Of a stretch of DNA of 64,000 bases, positions 18,555 to 30,596 are shown piece by piece. The translations under genes were made by a program, and so were the position numbers. Below the pieces are notes generated by a model. The model was not told where the DNA came from. It made no database searches and saw nothing but the letters and a program-made list of their open reading frames with translations. The DNA comes from Nannocystis bainbridge. Lineage in GTDB: Bacteria > Myxococcota_A > Polyangia > Nannocystales > Nannocystaceae. The stretch's first letter is position 1, and each line of letters begins with the position of its first letter. Location of the stretch: the NCBI RefSeq assembly GCF_028368995.1, contig NZ_JAQNDL010000004.1, forward strand, positions 352,001 to 416,000, in the 5' to 3' direction.

Positions 18555-20372
18555 ATGTCCGCCCCGCTGAAACCGTCCGCATCCCTGGCCCTGACGCTCT
18601 GGCTCGTCGCGGGAGCGCTCGCGTGCAAACCCGCCGCACCTGCGGCGAGCCCGGCTCCCGGGCCCTCGGGTGCGCCTGGTGCGCAGGAATCGGACGCGCA
18701 GGGACCGGCGAGCGGGAGATCACTCCCCGCCAAGGATGCGGGCGATCCCGCGACGGCCGTGGGCATAAATGGCGCGGTGACCTCGGCCGAGCGCCACGCC
18801 AGCGAGGTCGGCGTGGCGGTCTTGAAGAAGGGCGGCAACGCGGTCGACGCGGCGGTCGCGGTCGGGCTGGCGCTGGCAGTGACCCACCCGAGCGCCGGGA
18901 ATCTCGGCGGCGGCGGGTTCATGGTGATCCGCATGGCCGACGGCCGCACCGCGGCGATCGACTACCGCGAGGTCGCGCCCGCGGCGGCGACGCCGACCAT
19001 GTACCTCGACGCCAAGGGCAACCCCACGCGCGAGAGCGTCGAGGGCCCGAAGGCGGCCGGGATCCCGGGCACGGTCGCGGGCTTGGCGCTGGCGCATGAG
19101 CAGTTCGGCACGCTGCCGTGGCGAGATCTCGTACTTCCCGCCGTGGCGCTCGCGCGCGACGGTCACGCGCTCGACAGCTTCCACGCCGAGGATTTGACCA
19201 CCGGCAGCGAGCGGATGCTGAAGCTGGGCTTCAAGGACGCGGCGGCGATCTACCGCCGACCGACGGGCGAGGCCTTCGTCACCGGCGACACGTGGAAGCA
19301 GCCCGACCTGGCGCGCACGCTCGAGGCGATCGCCGATCGCGGGCCGCGGGCGTTTTACGAGGGGCCGCTGGCGGACAAGCTGGCGAGCGAGGTCAAGGCG
19401 CTGGGCGGGATCTGGACCCCCGACGACCTCAAGGCCTACCGCGCGGTGGCTCGCACGCCGATCACCTTCACCTACCGCGACCACGAGGTGATCACGATGC
19501 CGCCGCCGTCGGGCGGTGGGGTGGTGCTGCGGCAGCTGCTGGCGGCGCGCGAGATCCTCAAGATCTACGAGAAGCCGTGGCTCAGCGTCGACGAGCTGCA
19601 CCTCTACGTCGAGTCGGCGCGGCGCACCTACGCCGACCGCAACTTCCTGCTCGGCGATCCGGCGTTCGTGAAGATCCCGCTCGAGCAGCTGACCGACTCG
19701 AAGTACCTGCAGGGGCGCCTGGCCGACATCGACCCGAACAAGGCCACGCCGTCGTCGAAGATCGCGGCCGGGATCGGCACCAAGACCTCGATGCAGACGA
19801 CCCACTACTCGGTCGTCGACGTGCTCGGCAACGCGGTCGCCAACACCTACACCCTCAACACCGGGTTCGGCGCCAAGGTGGTCGTGCCGGGCACGGGGGT
19901 GCTGCTCAACAACGAGATGGACGACTTCTCGGTCAAGCCGGGCTCACCCAACACGTTCGGGCTGGTGCAGGGCGAGCAGAACAAGATCGAGCCAGGCAAG
20001 CGCATGCTGTCGAGCATGAGCCCGACGATCCTGGTCAAGGACGGCAAGCTGCGCGCGGTGGTCGGCACGCCGGGCGGCTCGACGATCTCGACGACGGTGA
20101 CCCAGATCGTGCGCGCGCTGATCGACTACGGCGCGACCATCGACCAGGCCGTCAAGGCGCCGCGGGTCCATCACCAGTGGATGCCGGACCGCATCGTCAC
20201 CGAGCCGACGCTCGACCCCGCGACCGTCGAGGGGCTCAAGGCCAAGGGGCACACGATCGGCGAGTGGCCGTCGATCGGCCACGCCAACTCGATCGAGGTC
20301 GACCCGAAGACGCAGGGCTACCGCGCGGTCGCCGACATCGCCCGCGACGGCGGGGCCGCGGTCGCGTACTGA
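18555..20372 (+). CDS. ggt: Gamma-glutamyltransferase (lipoprotein signal)
   Basis: GGNAVDAAVA, GNLGGGGF, IDYREVAP, QTTHYSVVD (nucleophile Thr), LNNEMDDF, KRMLSSMSP. Confidence 0.95.
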   Translation: MSAPLKPSASLALTLWLVAGALACKPAAPAASPAPGPSGAPGAQESDAQGPASGRSLPAKDAGDPATAVGINGAVTSAERHASEVGVAVLKKGGNAVDAAVAVGLALAVTHPSAGNLGGGGFMVIRMADGRTAAIDYREVAPAAATPTMYLDAKGNPTRESVEGPKAAGIPGTVAGLALAHEQFGTLPWRDLVLPAVALARDGHALDSFHAEDLTTGSERMLKLGFKDAAAIYRRPTGEAFVTGDTWKQPDLARTLEAIADRGPRAFYEGPLADKLASEVKALGGIWTPDDLKAYRAVARTPITFTYRDHEVITMPPPSGGGVVLRQLLAAREILKIYEKPWLSVDELHLYVESARRTYADRNFLLGDPAFVKIPLEQLTDSKYLQGRLADIDPNKATPSSKIAAGIGTKTSMQTTHYSVVDVLGNAVANTYTLNTGFGAKVVVPGTGVLLNNEMDDFSVKPGSPNTFGLVQGEQNKIEPGKRMLSSMSPTILVKDGKLRAVVGTPGGSTISTTVTQIVRALIDYGATIDQAVKAPRVHHQWMPDRIVTEPTLDPATVEGLKAKGHTIGEWPSIGHANSIEVDPKTQGYRAVADIARDGGAAVAY

Positions 20373-20519
20373 GAGCCGGGCGCCGAGCGGCTGTCGTAGC
20401 TGCGCGAGAGCCCGCGCAGGGCCGCTCCGGGTGGCTTCTGCGACGGACCGCCGGGTGCGGACCCGGCCAGTCTTGGCGATCGGCAGCTGAAGGGGGCGCG
20501 CAGCGTAGCGTCCCTTCGG

Positions 20520-20584
20520 GACATGTCTAGGAGAGCATGTCCTTACGCACCTGTCGCTACGGGCATGTCCGAAAGGGAACGTTC
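20520..20584. repeat. 14-bp-phased GACA/TGTC array (4-5 cores) overlapping a stop codon
   Basis: Cores at 20520, 20534, 20548, 20562; weaker GAACGTTC at 20577. Confidence 0.8.
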
Positions 20585-22021
20585 GGCCACTACCTCGTCG
20601 CTGGCGCGCGCGCCAGGGGCCGCGGGCAGGCGGGCGGCGTCGAGGACGGCGACCGCGTCGTTGCGCCAGGCGCGGAGCTCGACCTCGGCGAGGCGGCCGG
20701 TGCTGCGGTCGCGGCGGACGACCAGGTGGGAGCCGTCGAGGAAGCAGCCGCTGTTGGCGTAGACCACCTCGTCGTTGCGGGCGATCGCGCCGTGGTGGCT
20801 GTGGCCCATCAGGACCAGCGGCACGCCCGTGGCCTTGCCGACGTCACAGGCGACACGGGCCATGTCGTCGGCCATCGCGCGCGGTCGCCGGCGCTTGCGG
20901 AGGCGGCGGATCGACAGCCAGCCCAGCAGCGCCCCCGCGGCCAGGCCCGCGAGCGTCGGGGCGCCGACCGCGGCGGCGAGGCCGACACCGATCCCGAGGC
21001 AGGCGAGCACGCTGAGGATCGCGTCGAGCGCGGTGATCCGCAGGACGCCGCCGACGGTCGCGGACGCCGGCGGCGGGGCCATCGACTGCAGCGCGGTCAG
21101 GGTGCTCATCTGCAGGCCGGCGGTGGCCGCGATCCGCTCGAGGCGCGCGGCGTGCATCGCCTGGCCGGCGCGGTCGACCCGGCCGGTGCGGGCCCACAGC
21201 GCCAGCAGGCGGAAGGCCATGCGGAAGTACAGCGTGATCGCGTAGAGGATGAAGCGCAGGCCGCGGGCCCAGGCCCAGCGGATGTAGTCCCACGGCGAGA
21301 TGAACTTGTCGGCCGCGTCGTAGTCGATCTCCGGCATCGCGTTGGTGAAGCTGCGCGTCGCCACCTCGGCCAGCGACTGGACCAGGCGGCCGCCGCGCGT
21401 CGGCGCCAGCATCTGGCCCGTGTGACAGGCGGCGTCGAACACGTGCCCGTGCTCGATCCACACCCCGCCGGCCTCGCACAGGAACCACGGCACGAACCGC
21501 ACCCGCGCCACCTGGTCGAGGCGCGGGCTGCCGGTGTGCGTGATCGTGAGCGAGGCCTCGCCCAGGCCGGCGTAGAGGCGTTCGGTGAGGGCGCGGCGGA
21601 CGCCGGGGTAGAGGAACTCGGCGTCGTGATTGCCGACCACGAACACGATGTTGTGGCCGGCCGCGAGGAAGCGGGCCAGCGCGTCCTCGACGCCCGGATA
21701 GGCGTCGAGCACGGCGTGCAGGCGATGGACCGCGAGGGCCTCGCCGACGAGGCGCTTCTCCTGGCCGACCTCGATGTTCCAGAAGTCGATGAAGTCGCCG
21801 TTGATGACGAGCTGCCAGCGACCGGGTCCGCGTGCGTAGTGGTCGAGGAAGCGAGGCAGGCCGCGGTCGATGTCGACGGCGAGGTGGACGAACTCGCCGC
21901 GCATCCGCGGTTTGAGGTGGGAGCCGAGGTGGAGGTCGCTGATGAGGAGCAGGTCGGGCGCACGGTCGCGGGGGCCGGGAGACGGCTCGCGGTCGGGGCG
22001 CTGATCGGACGGGTCCATCAC
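20543..22021 (-). CDS. Calcineurin-like metallophosphoesterase with membrane segments
   Basis: ISDLHLG, NGDFIDF, VGNHD, EHGH, MGHSH, YANSG. Confidence 0.85.
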   Translation of the reverse strand: MMDPSDQRPDREPSPGPRDRAPDLLLISDLHLGSHLKPRMRGEFVHLAVDIDRGLPRFLDHYARGPGRWQLVINGDFIDFWNIEVGQEKRLVGEALAVHRLHAVLDAYPGVEDALARFLAAGHNIVFVVGNHDAEFLYPGVRRALTERLYAGLGEASLTITHTGSPRLDQVARVRFVPWFLCEAGGVWIEHGHVFDAACHTGQMLAPTRGGRLVQSLAEVATRSFTNAMPEIDYDAADKFISPWDYIRWAWARGLRFILYAITLYFRMAFRLLALWARTGRVDRAGQAMHAARLERIAATAGLQMSTLTALQSMAPPPASATVGGVLRITALDAILSVLACLGIGVGLAAAVGAPTLAGLAAGALLGWLSIRRLRKRRRPRAMADDMARVACDVGKATGVPLVLMGHSHHGAIARNDEVVYANSGCFLDGSHLVVRRDRSTGRLAEVELRAWRNDAVAVLDAARLPAAPGARASDEVVAERSLSDMPVATGA

Positions 22022-22122
22022 GGGGGGAGCGGGAGATCTGGCCGGGGCGCGGTCTTGCGCGCAGGGACGAACGCTGGCCTCTGCCCTGTGGTATAGCGTG
22101 CTTGCCCCACGCCTGCCCTGCC

Positions 22123-24228
22123 ATGCTCAAGCAGATCGCCTTTGCCGCCGCCGTCGCGTTCTCGCTCGGCCTCTTCACCTACACCGTGTCGACGCTGGTG
22201 CGCACCGTCGCGCTCGGCCGCCCCTCCGACCTCAAAGAGACCTGGGCCCAACGGATCGCCAGCCTGATGGCGTTCTTCTTCGGCCAGGGCAAGGTCGTCG
22301 AGGAGAAGCGAAGCTGGCACCACCTGCCGATCTACTGGGGCTTTTTGATCCTCACGATCGCCACCGTCGACATGGGCCTCAGCGGCCTGTTCGGCCCCAG
22401 CGTCAACCTCTCGCTGGTCATGCCCGACGCGGCCTACCGGGCGGTCATGGCGACCGTCGACGTCGCCAACGTGATCGTGCTCGCCGCGCTGGCCTACGCG
22501 ATCACGCGCCGCTTCATTCGCCCGGCGTTCGTGCCGCTGAGCCTCGACGCGATGCTGATCCTGTCGGCGATCAGCCTGCTGTGCATCAGCCACTTCGGCC
22601 ACCACGCGTTCGAGATCGCGGGGGCCGGTCACTACGCCGGCGGCGCGCCGGTGTCGGCGGCGATCAGCGGCCTGTTCGCGGGGATGGACCCGCAGTTCGC
22701 CCACGTCGCCTCGGAGGTGTGCTGGTGGGTCCACATGGGCATCGTCCTGGCGTTCCTCAACTACTTGCCGTACTCGAAGCACATCCACGTGCTGACCTCG
22801 GCGCCGAACATCCTGCTGCGCCGCCAGGGCCAGCGCGGGGCGATGCCGAAGGCCCGGCTGTTCGACGGTGAGCCGACCGACCCCAACGCAGAGCCGCTGT
22901 TCGACAACTGGGGCGTGGGCAAGGTCGAGGACTTCACGTGGAAGAGCCTCCTCGACAACTACTCGTGTACCGAGTGCGCCCGCTGCACGATGTACTGCCC
23001 GGCGTTCGCGACCGAGAAGCCGCTGTCGCCGATGCACCTCATCCACGACCTCAAGGACGAGATGAAGGAGCGCGGCAAGCTGCTGGTGAAGCTGCAGAAG
23101 GCCGGCGGCACGGTGAAGGACGACGCGCCCGAGGGCCCGAACAAGTCGATCATCGACAAGATCAAGGCCGACCTCGAAGCGCTGCCGCCGATGGTCGGCG
23201 GGCGGGTCAAGGACGCGACGCTGTGGGCCTGCACGACCTGCGGGGCGTGCCAGGAGGTGTGCCCGGTGTTCATCGAGCACCCGCTGAAGATCCTGCAGAT
23301 GCGCCAGCACATCGTGCTCAACGACGAGTCGGGCCGCACGCCCGGCGAGGTCACGCGCGTGCTCGGCAACATCGAGGGCGCCGGCAACCCGTGGAGCCTG
23401 CCGCAGGACGACCGCATGAAGTGGGCCGAGGGCCTCGAGGTGCCGCTGGTCGAGGACGTGCCCGACGCCGAGTACCTGATGTTCGTCGGCTGCGCCGGCG
23501 CCTTCGACGACAACGCCAAGAAGACCACGCGCGCGCTGGTCAAGGTGCTGCACGCGGCGAACGTCAAGTTCGCGGTGCTCGGCAAGCGCGAGAAGTGCAC
23601 CGGCGACACGCTGCGCCGCCTCGGCGCCGAGATGGCGTTCCAGACGCTGGCGCAGGAGAACGTCGACACGCTCAACGAGGCCAAGGTCACCAAGGTGATC
23701 GCCTCGTGCCCGCACTGCTTCCACACGATCAAGAACGAGTATCCGCAGTTCGGCGGCAACTACGAGGTCATCCACCACTCGCAGCTCATCACGCACCTGC
23801 TGCAGGCCGGCAAGCTCAAGCTCGATCACACCAGCGAGCGCACGTTCACGTACCACGACTCGTGCTACCTCGGGCGCTGGAACGGGGTCTACGACGCGCC
23901 GCGCGAGATCCTCGAGCACGCGACCCGCGGCAAGGGCAAGGTCCAGGAGCTGCAGCGCAACCGCGAGCACGGGTTCTGCTGCGGGGCCGGCGGCGGTCGC
24001 ATGTGGATGGAAGAGGAGCCGGCCAAGCGCGTCAACATCAACCGCGCCAAGGAGGTCGCCGAGGGCGGCGCCAACGCGGTCGCGGTCGGTTGCCCGTTCT
24101 GCCACACGATGCTGACCGACGGCCTCAAGGCGCTCGGCAAGGACGAGACCGTCGAGGTCATGGACCTCGCGGTGGTGGTCGCGGCTCAGCTGCCGGCCGA
24201 GGCTCCGCGGCCCGAGGCGAGCGCGTGA
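22123..24228 (+). CDS. Membrane-bound Fe-S oxidoreductase (FadF/HdrD-like, CCG domains)
   Basis: N-terminal TMs, CTECARC...CP and [34 protein letters not shown]. Confidence 0.9.
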   Translation: MLKQIAFAAAVAFSLGLFTYTVSTLVRTVALGRPSDLKETWAQRIASLMAFFFGQGKVVEEKRSWHHLPIYWGFLILTIATVDMGLSGLFGPSVNLSLVMPDAAYRAVMATVDVANVIVLAALAYAITRRFIRPAFVPLSLDAMLILSAISLLCISHFGHHAFEIAGAGHYAGGAPVSAAISGLFAGMDPQFAHVASEVCWWVHMGIVLAFLNYLPYSKHIHVLTSAPNILLRRQGQRGAMPKARLFDGEPTDPNAEPLFDNWGVGKVEDFTWKSLLDNYSCTECARCTMYCPAFATEKPLSPMHLIHDLKDEMKERGKLLVKLQKAGGTVKDDAPEGPNKSIIDKIKADLEALPPMVGGRVKDATLWACTTCGACQEVCPVFIEHPLKILQMRQHIVLNDESGRTPGEVTRVLGNIEGAGNPWSLPQDDRMKWAEGLEVPLVEDVPDAEYLMFVGCAGAFDDNAKKTTRALVKVLHAANVKFAVLGKREKCTGDTLRRLGAEMAFQTLAQENVDTLNEAKVTKVIASCPHCFHTIKNEYPQFGGNYEVIHHSQLITHLLQAGKLKLDHTSERTFTYHDSCYLGRWNGVYDAPREILEHATRGKGKVQELQRNREHGFCCGAGGGRMWMEEEPAKRVNINRAKEVAEGGANAVAVGCPFCHTMLTDGLKALGKDETVEVMDLAVVVAAQLPAEAPRPEASA

Positions 24229-24563
24229 GCGAGGCTGTCCTTTCGGGCAGGCGAGCGCGGGCGCTGACGGAGGCGCTGACGACCGCGTTCGCGCCCGAGC
24301 ACCTCGAGGTGCGCGACGAGAGCCACATGCACGCGGTGCCGAAGGGCGCCGAGAGCCACTTCCGGGTGGTCGTCGTAAGCGCGGGCTTCACCGGCAAGTC
24401 GCTGGTCGCCCGCCACCGCGAGGTCAACGCCGCCGCGGCCGAGGAGCTGCGCGCGGGGCTGCACGCGCTGGCGATCGAGGCGCTGACGCCGGAGCAATGG
24501 CAAGCCCGCGGCGGGCAGGCAGCCAAGAGCCCGCCCTGCCTCGGCGGCAGCAAGGCCGGCTGA
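24225..24563 (+). CDS. bolA: BolA family protein
   Basis: [43 protein letters not shown]; GTGA overlap. Confidence 0.9.
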   Translation: MSEAVLSGRRARALTEALTTAFAPEHLEVRDESHMHAVPKGAESHFRVVVVSAGFTGKSLVARHREVNAAAAEELRAGLHALAIEALTPEQWQARGGQAAKSPPCLGGSKAG

Positions 24564-24583
24564 GCGGCGGCCCGCGGGTTACC

Positions 24584-24638
24584 TGTCGTTGAGGGCTTGG
24601 CCCTCGGGGCAGAGCATCGTCGCCTGTCCCGAGAGTCA
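24584..24638. repeat. Degenerate TGTC-N6-GACA-type sites
   Basis: TGTC-gttgag-GGCT-TGGC-cctcgg-GGCA and TGTC-ccgaga-GTCA. Confidence 0.55.
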
Positions 24639-24722
24639 GGCGGGCGCTCGACGAGTGGGCGAGCGCCTCGCATCGGTGTCTGACGCGTGACGCGGTGGCG
24701 AGCGCCTGCTATCGTGACCTCC

Positions 24723-25214
24723 ATGCGTCGGTCGGTGATGAGCGTGTTGCTGGTGATGGGGGCGTGCGAGTCCAAAGGCGAGCCGCCGCCGCCGGTCGTG
24801 TCGAAGGCCGAGGACGCGGTCGCGCACGAGATCGTGAAGACCGCCGAGGAACTGGCGAACCAGCAGCCGGCACCGATCCCCGCGGACACGAAGCGGGCGG
24901 CGATCGATCCGAAGGCGCTGCTCGGCACCTGGAGGATCAAGCACCTCGTCTACATCCGTGACGGCAAGCCCCTCGATCCGGAGGAGCCGGTCGTCGAGGG
25001 CACCTGGAGCTTCGAGGAAGGCGGTCGCTGGGTGAAGAAGGGCGGCAACGACCTCGAGGGGACGTTCGCGCTGACCCCGGACCGACTCGTCATCTCGGCG
25101 TTGGGCTCGCCGGTCGAGTACTCGGTCGACAAGGTGACGGTTTCCGAACTGGTGGTGACGACGGCGATCGTGGACGGCATGGGCACGACGACGGTGCTCG
25201 ATCGGGTGCCGTAG
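24723..25214 (+). CDS. Lipoprotein with a lipocalin-like beta domain
   Basis: Lipobox MGAC; LLGTWRI motif. Confidence 0.65.
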   Translation: MRRSVMSVLLVMGACESKGEPPPPVVSKAEDAVAHEIVKTAEELANQQPAPIPADTKRAAIDPKALLGTWRIKHLVYIRDGKPLDPEEPVVEGTWSFEEGGRWVKKGGNDLEGTFALTPDRLVISALGSPVEYSVDKVTVSELVVTTAIVDGMGTTTVLDRVP

Positions 25215-25248
25215 TCGACCCGCCAGCGCCGCGCGCCCAGACCGCCCA

Positions 25249-25328
25249 CACATGTCTCGAGGGACATGTGTGGCGGGCGATCACGATGTGTCTCTCGGGA
25301 CAGGATGAGCTGTCCAAATGGACAGCTC
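25249..25328. repeat. Three separate TGTC-N6-GACA palindromes
   Basis: TGTC-tcgagg-GACA, TGTC-tctcgg-GACA, TGTC-caaatg-GACA. Confidence 0.85.
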
Positions 25329-25329
25329 G

Positions 25330-26439
25330 CTACTCGGCCTCGACGGCGCCGCGCATCCAGGCTGCGCCCGCCAGGCGCACCTGCGGCGCGTCGGCGGCGG
25401 GGCGGGCGACCACACGGCCGAGCGTGTAGGGCTCCTCGCCGGTCGCGGTGAGCGCGGCGCGGACGACCTCGACGTGGGCCGGGTCGACGTAGAGCAGCAT
25501 GCCGACGCCGCAGTTGAAGGTGCGCAGCAGCTCGCGCACGCCGACGCCCTGACCGGCGACCGCGGCGAGCACCGGGGGAAGCTCGACCGACGAGAGATCG
25601 AGCTCGAGCGCGAGGTCGTCGGCGAGCGCACGCGCCGGGTTCTCGAGCAGGCCGCCGCCGGTGATGTGGGCGGCGCCGTGCAGCGGGGCGTGCTCGAGGC
25701 CACGCAGGGCCGCGAACGCGGGCTCGTAGATCCGCGTCGGCGTGAGCAGGGCGTCGCCGACGCTGCGGCCCGCGGGATCGCCGGGCAGCGGGTCCGCGAA
25801 CGACAGGCCTGCGTGCGCAGGGTCGAGCAAGGCCTTGCGCGCCAGGCTGTAGCCGTTGCTGTGGAGGCCGCTCGAGCGCAGGCCGAGCACGACGTCGCCG
25901 TCCTTCACGCGGGTGGGCCCGAGCATCTTGCTGCGGTCGACGACGCCGACGGCGAAGGCGGCGAGGTCGTAGTGGTCATGGGCGTAGAGGCCGGGCAGCT
26001 CGGCCGTCTCGCCGCCCAGGAGGGCGCAGCGCGACTGCTTGCAGCCGTCGACGATGCCGCTCACGAGCGCCTCGATGCGCTCGGGCACGACCCGGTCGCA
26101 GGCGATGTAGTCGAGCACGAAGAGCGTGCTCGCGCCGGTGACGAGCAGGTCGTTGACGTTCATCGCCACGAGGTCGATGCCGACGGTGTCGTGGCGATCG
26201 AGCGCGATCGCCACGAGCAACTTCGTGCCCACGCCGTCGGTGCAGGCGACCAGCACGGGATCGCCGACGCCGGTCGGTAGGCCCATCAGGCCAGCGAAAC
26301 CGCCGATGTCGCCGATCTGCTCGGGTCGGCGCGTTCCGGCCACGAGGCGCCGAATCCGCCGCACGGCTTCGTTGCCGGCGCTGATGTCGACGCCCGCGCC
26401 CTTGTAAGTGAGGGGGTCCTTGCGATCCTGCACGGGCAT
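25330..26439 (-). CDS. purM: Phosphoribosylformylglycinamidine cyclo-ligase (AIR synthetase)
   Basis: YKGAGVDI, TDGVGTKL, LGGETAELPG, SSGLHSNGYSL, HITGGGL, RTFNCGVG. Confidence 0.97.
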   Translation of the reverse strand: MPVQDRKDPLTYKGAGVDISAGNEAVRRIRRLVAGTRRPEQIGDIGGFAGLMGLPTGVGDPVLVACTDGVGTKLLVAIALDRHDTVGIDLVAMNVNDLLVTGASTLFVLDYIACDRVVPERIEALVSGIVDGCKQSRCALLGGETAELPGLYAHDHYDLAAFAVGVVDRSKMLGPTRVKDGDVVLGLRSSGLHSNGYSLARKALLDPAHAGLSFADPLPGDPAGRSVGDALLTPTRIYEPAFAALRGLEHAPLHGAAHITGGGLLENPARALADDLALELDLSSVELPPVLAAVAGQGVGVRELLRTFNCGVGMLLYVDPAHVEVVRAALTATGEEPYTLGRVVARPAADAPQVRLAGAAWMRGAVEAE

Positions 26440-26531
26440 GACGCGTACCAAGGCGCGGGCCTCGCGGCAACGGCCTTGAAAAGGTGCCCCGTCGCGGCGA
26501 TGATGCGCCCCGGCAAGGGAGCCCGATTCGC

Positions 26532-27425
<894 letters not shown>

Positions 27426-27431
27426 TCGGAC

Positions 27432-28658
27432 ATGTCCATGAAGACACCCCCGGCCTGGCAGCTGGCGCTGTTCGCCCGCCGCTCGCTCGGGGTGATCCGC
27501 GGGCTCGAGGCGGTGCGCGCGGCGTGGGAGGGCCTCGGCGAGCCCGGCAAGGGCGTGCCGGTGGTCCACGTGGTCGGCACCAACGGCAAGGGCTCGACGT
27601 CGGCGATGGTGGCGCACGCGCTGGGGCGCCGCGGTCGACGCGTGGGCCTCTATACGAGCCCGCACTTGCACCGCGTGGGCGAGCGGATCCGGATCGACGG
27701 CGTGCCGCTCGATGACGCCGCGATGGAGCGGTTGGTCGAGCGCGTGCTGCGGCTCGAGGGGCCGGCGCTGCCGCGGCCGCTGACGTTCTTCGAGGTGTTG
27801 ACGGCGGCGGCGCTGCTTGCGTTCGCCGAGGCCGGCGTCGAGACCATGGTCTTGGAGACAGGTCTGGGCGGGCGTCTCGACGCGACCGGGGTAGTGCCGG
27901 CGACGGCCACGCTGATGACGCCGATCGACCTCGACCATCAGATGTACCTCGGCGACACGATCGAGGCGATCGCGGGCGAGAAGGCGGCGGTGATGCGCGA
28001 CGGGGCGCCGGTGTGGTCGGCGCCACAACATCCGGCCGCGGCGGCGGTGCTGCAGGCGTCCGCGATGGAGCACGGGGTGCGGCTGCGGTTCGTCGAGCCG
28101 CTGGTTCGCGCGCCCGAGGGGCTGCCGGGCGCGCACCAGCGGATCAACGGCGCGCTGGCGCTGGCGGGGGCGCGCTTCCTCGATCCGGAGGTGTCGGTGG
28201 GCGACCTCGACGGGGTGCGCTGGCCCGGCCGCTGCGAGCGAGTGACGAGCGGCGGCGGGACGGTGGTGTTCGACGCGGGGCACAATCCGCACGGGCTCGC
28301 GGCGCTGGTGACCTGGCTCGAAGGACAGCCGCATCCGCGGCGGGCGATCGTGTTCGGTTGCCTGGCCGACAAGGACGGGCCGGGGATGGTGGCGCAGCTG
28401 CGTCGCTTGCAGGTTCCGCTGTGGTTGGTGACGCCGGGACCGGGCGGCTACGACCTGGCGTCGCTCGGGGCCGCCGATACGCGGTTGTTCCTGGATGGCA
28501 TGGGCCCCGAGTTCACTGCGGCGTGGCGCGAGCACCTGGCCGCGGGCGGCGAGCTGGTGGTGTGCGGCTCGCACCTGCTGGTGGGGCAGCTGCGCGAGGA
28601 CGTGCTCGGCGAGGTCACCGACGCGCTGCCGCTCACCGATCCGCTGCGCGGCCGCTGA
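27432..28658 (+). CDS. folC: Folylpolyglutamate synthase / dihydrofolate synthase
   Basis: HVVGTNGKGST, YTSPHL, ETGLGGRLDAT, LDH..YLG, WPGRCE, DAGHNPHG; follows accD. Confidence 0.95.
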   Translation: MSMKTPPAWQLALFARRSLGVIRGLEAVRAAWEGLGEPGKGVPVVHVVGTNGKGSTSAMVAHALGRRGRRVGLYTSPHLHRVGERIRIDGVPLDDAAMERLVERVLRLEGPALPRPLTFFEVLTAAALLAFAEAGVETMVLETGLGGRLDATGVVPATATLMTPIDLDHQMYLGDTIEAIAGEKAAVMRDGAPVWSAPQHPAAAAVLQASAMEHGVRLRFVEPLVRAPEGLPGAHQRINGALALAGARFLDPEVSVGDLDGVRWPGRCERVTSGGGTVVFDAGHNPHGLAALVTWLEGQPHPRRAIVFGCLADKDGPGMVAQLRRLQVPLWLVTPGPGGYDLASLGAADTRLFLDGMGPEFTAAWREHLAAGGELVVCGSHLLVGQLREDVLGEVTDALPLTDPLRGR

Positions 28659-28758
28659 GGCGCTCGCAGGCGAGGGCGAGCCGGCTGCGCGGCGATGGAT
28701 CGCGCGGGCGATTGCGCGTACAAGATCGTGAGGGCCCGCGCGGGCCAGCGAGACGACG

Positions 28759-29400
28759 ATGGCGCAGACGCGACCGCTCCCCTACGACACCGACGCTGCG
28801 GCGACTCACCTGCGCCGCAGTCACAAGGCGATGAAGCGGCTGATCGATCGGCTGGGGCCGATCACGCTGCGGCGCGACGCCGGGGCGAGCCCGTACGGGG
28901 CGCTGGCGCGGTCGATCGTGTTCCAGCAGCTCGCGGGCGCGGCGGCGTCGACGATCTACGGGCGCGCGTGCCTGCTCGGCGAGGGCGGCCAGTTCCCCGA
29001 GCCGGCGGCGTTGCTCGAGCTGCCGGCGGAGCGGCTGCGCGCGGCGGGGCTGTCGGCGGGCAAGCAGGCTGCCCTGAAAGACCTGGCCCAAAAGACACTC
29101 GACGGCGTGGTCCCGACGATGCGCGCGCTGGCGAAGATGGAAGACGCTGCCATCGTCGAGCGCCTGATCCAGGTCCGCGGGATCGGGCGCTGGACGGTGG
29201 AGATGATGCTGATCTTCCGCCTCGGCCGCCCCGACGTGTGGCCGGTCGGCGACTTCGCGGTGCGCAAGGGCTACGGGCAGACGTTCGGCCTCGACGAGTC
29301 GCCGACCCAGCGCGAACTCGAAGCGCTCGGGGACCCGTTCTCGCCGTACCGCAGCGCGGCCGCGTGGTACTTCTGGCGCTCGCTCGATACGCAGACGTGA
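28759..29400 (+). CDS. alkA: DNA-3-methyladenine glycosylase II (HhH-GPD family)
   Basis: SIVFQQL, LRAAGLS, VRGIGRWTVEM, RPDVWPVGD, PYRSAAAWYFW. Confidence 0.9.
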   Translation: MAQTRPLPYDTDAAATHLRRSHKAMKRLIDRLGPITLRRDAGASPYGALARSIVFQQLAGAAASTIYGRACLLGEGGQFPEPAALLELPAERLRAAGLSAGKQAALKDLAQKTLDGVVPTMRALAKMEDAAIVERLIQVRGIGRWTVEMMLIFRLGRPDVWPVGDFAVRKGYGQTFGLDESPTQRELEALGDPFSPYRSAAAWYFWRSLDTQT

Positions 29401-29535
29401 GGGCCGGCGGGGGGCGGCGGACTTCGGATGCCGCCCGACATCCTGCTGGGCCGGGACTCACTGCACGCGGCGCGGCGGTGATGCTCCGGGTCGCTGTACG
29501 CAGCGGTGTGGCGGATGTCGCTCGGCCGTCGCGGC

Positions 29536-29874
29536 TCACTCGCCGAAGCCGAGGCGGCGGCGGACGCGGGCCGCGAGGTCGCGGGCGCGGCTGGCGGGGC
29601 CGAGGGCGCGGGGAGGCGGGGCGCCGGGGAGGCTGTCCGATGGGACCTGTCGCTTGCGACCTGTCCGAAAGGACGTGGTCGCAAGGGCAGGTGCTTGCAT
29701 GAGCAGCTTGACGAGCGCTGTCACCAGCTCGACCGGGCTGTCGGCGCGGACCTCGAGGCCGACCTTGCCGCCTGGGTCCTCCGCGGCGCCGCGCGCGACC
29801 GTGCGCGTGCCATCGGAGCGGACCTCGATGACGATCCGGCTGACGATCGGGAGATCCTCGTCCGCGCTGCTCAT
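29536..29874 (-). CDS. Small hypothetical protein
   Basis: Well-formed N-terminal alpha/beta domain (RIVIEVRSDGTRTVARGA); the C-terminal part is encoded across a motif array. Confidence 0.6.
   Translation of the reverse strand: MSSADEDLPIVSRIVIEVRSDGTRTVARGAAEDPGGKVGLEVRADSPVELVTALVKLLMQAPALATTSFRTGRKRQVPSDSLPGAPPPRALGPASRARDLAARVRRRLGFGE
29634..29692. repeat. 14-bp-phased array inside a CDS (4 units)
   Basis: TGTC at 29634, 29648, 29662 and TGGT at 29676, each followed N6 later by GACC/GACC/GACG/GGCA. Confidence 0.8.
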
Positions 29875-29981
29875 GGCGGGAAGCTAGCACGCCGGGCCGG
29901 GGACCGCCGCCGCCACCGGCGCGCGGCCGAGCACCCGGAGCGTGACGTCGAGACGGACGCTGCGAGAGACTGGGCGGCGGG

Positions 29982-30557
29982 TCACTCGCGCGGCGGGAAG
30001 GGCCCCTTGTAGAGGATGTCGCAGCGCACGACGTACTTGCGGCCGGTGGCGACGGCGCGGCCCTGGTGCAGGTGGCGGTGCTGAAACAAGATGCCGAGCC
30101 CGGTGTGGGGGATGACGCTCTGCTCGAGGTGGAGGAAGTGGGTCTCGCCGCCGGTGTAGTCCTCGTTGAGATAGATCATGAAGGTGAGCAGGCTGCGCTC
30201 GTCGTCAGCGCGGACGCAGGCGCCGTCGAAGTGCGGGGCGAAGCGCTCGCCGGGGTCGTAGCGGTAGCAACGGAGCCGCTGGTGGATGCCGAGGACGGTC
30301 ATGCCGGCGATCTGCGGCGGCACCGCGGGCCGGACCCGCTCGAACAGCAGGTCCGCGAGCTCGGGATCGTCGAGGATGACGCGCTTGTTGTCGGTGAGCT
30401 CGGGGCGCAGCACGGGGGCGCGCAACATGGTGACGGGCGCGCGGGCCGGGCCGAGCGACTCGATGCGCTCGATCAGCGCCACGCACTCGCCGGCCGTCAG
30501 CACGTCGTCGACGGTCCAGACCGGCGGGTGTGACAGGTCGAGCGATCGGTGGTACAC
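29982..30557 (-). CDS. 2OG-Fe(II) oxygenase (prolyl-4-hydroxylase-like)
   Basis: RCYRYDPGERFAPHFDG (HxD), TFMIYLN..GGET.F, LHQG...GRKYVVR. Confidence 0.88.
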   Translation of the reverse strand: MYHRSLDLSHPPVWTVDDVLTAGECVALIERIESLGPARAPVTMLRAPVLRPELTDNKRVILDDPELADLLFERVRPAVPPQIAGMTVLGIHQRLRCYRYDPGERFAPHFDGACVRADDERSLLTFMIYLNEDYTGGETHFLHLEQSVIPHTGLGILFQHRHLHQGRAVATGRKYVVRCDILYKGPFPPRE

Positions 30558-30596
30558 CGCCCCAGGATACGCAAAAGCGCGACCCAGGAGCCTGCC

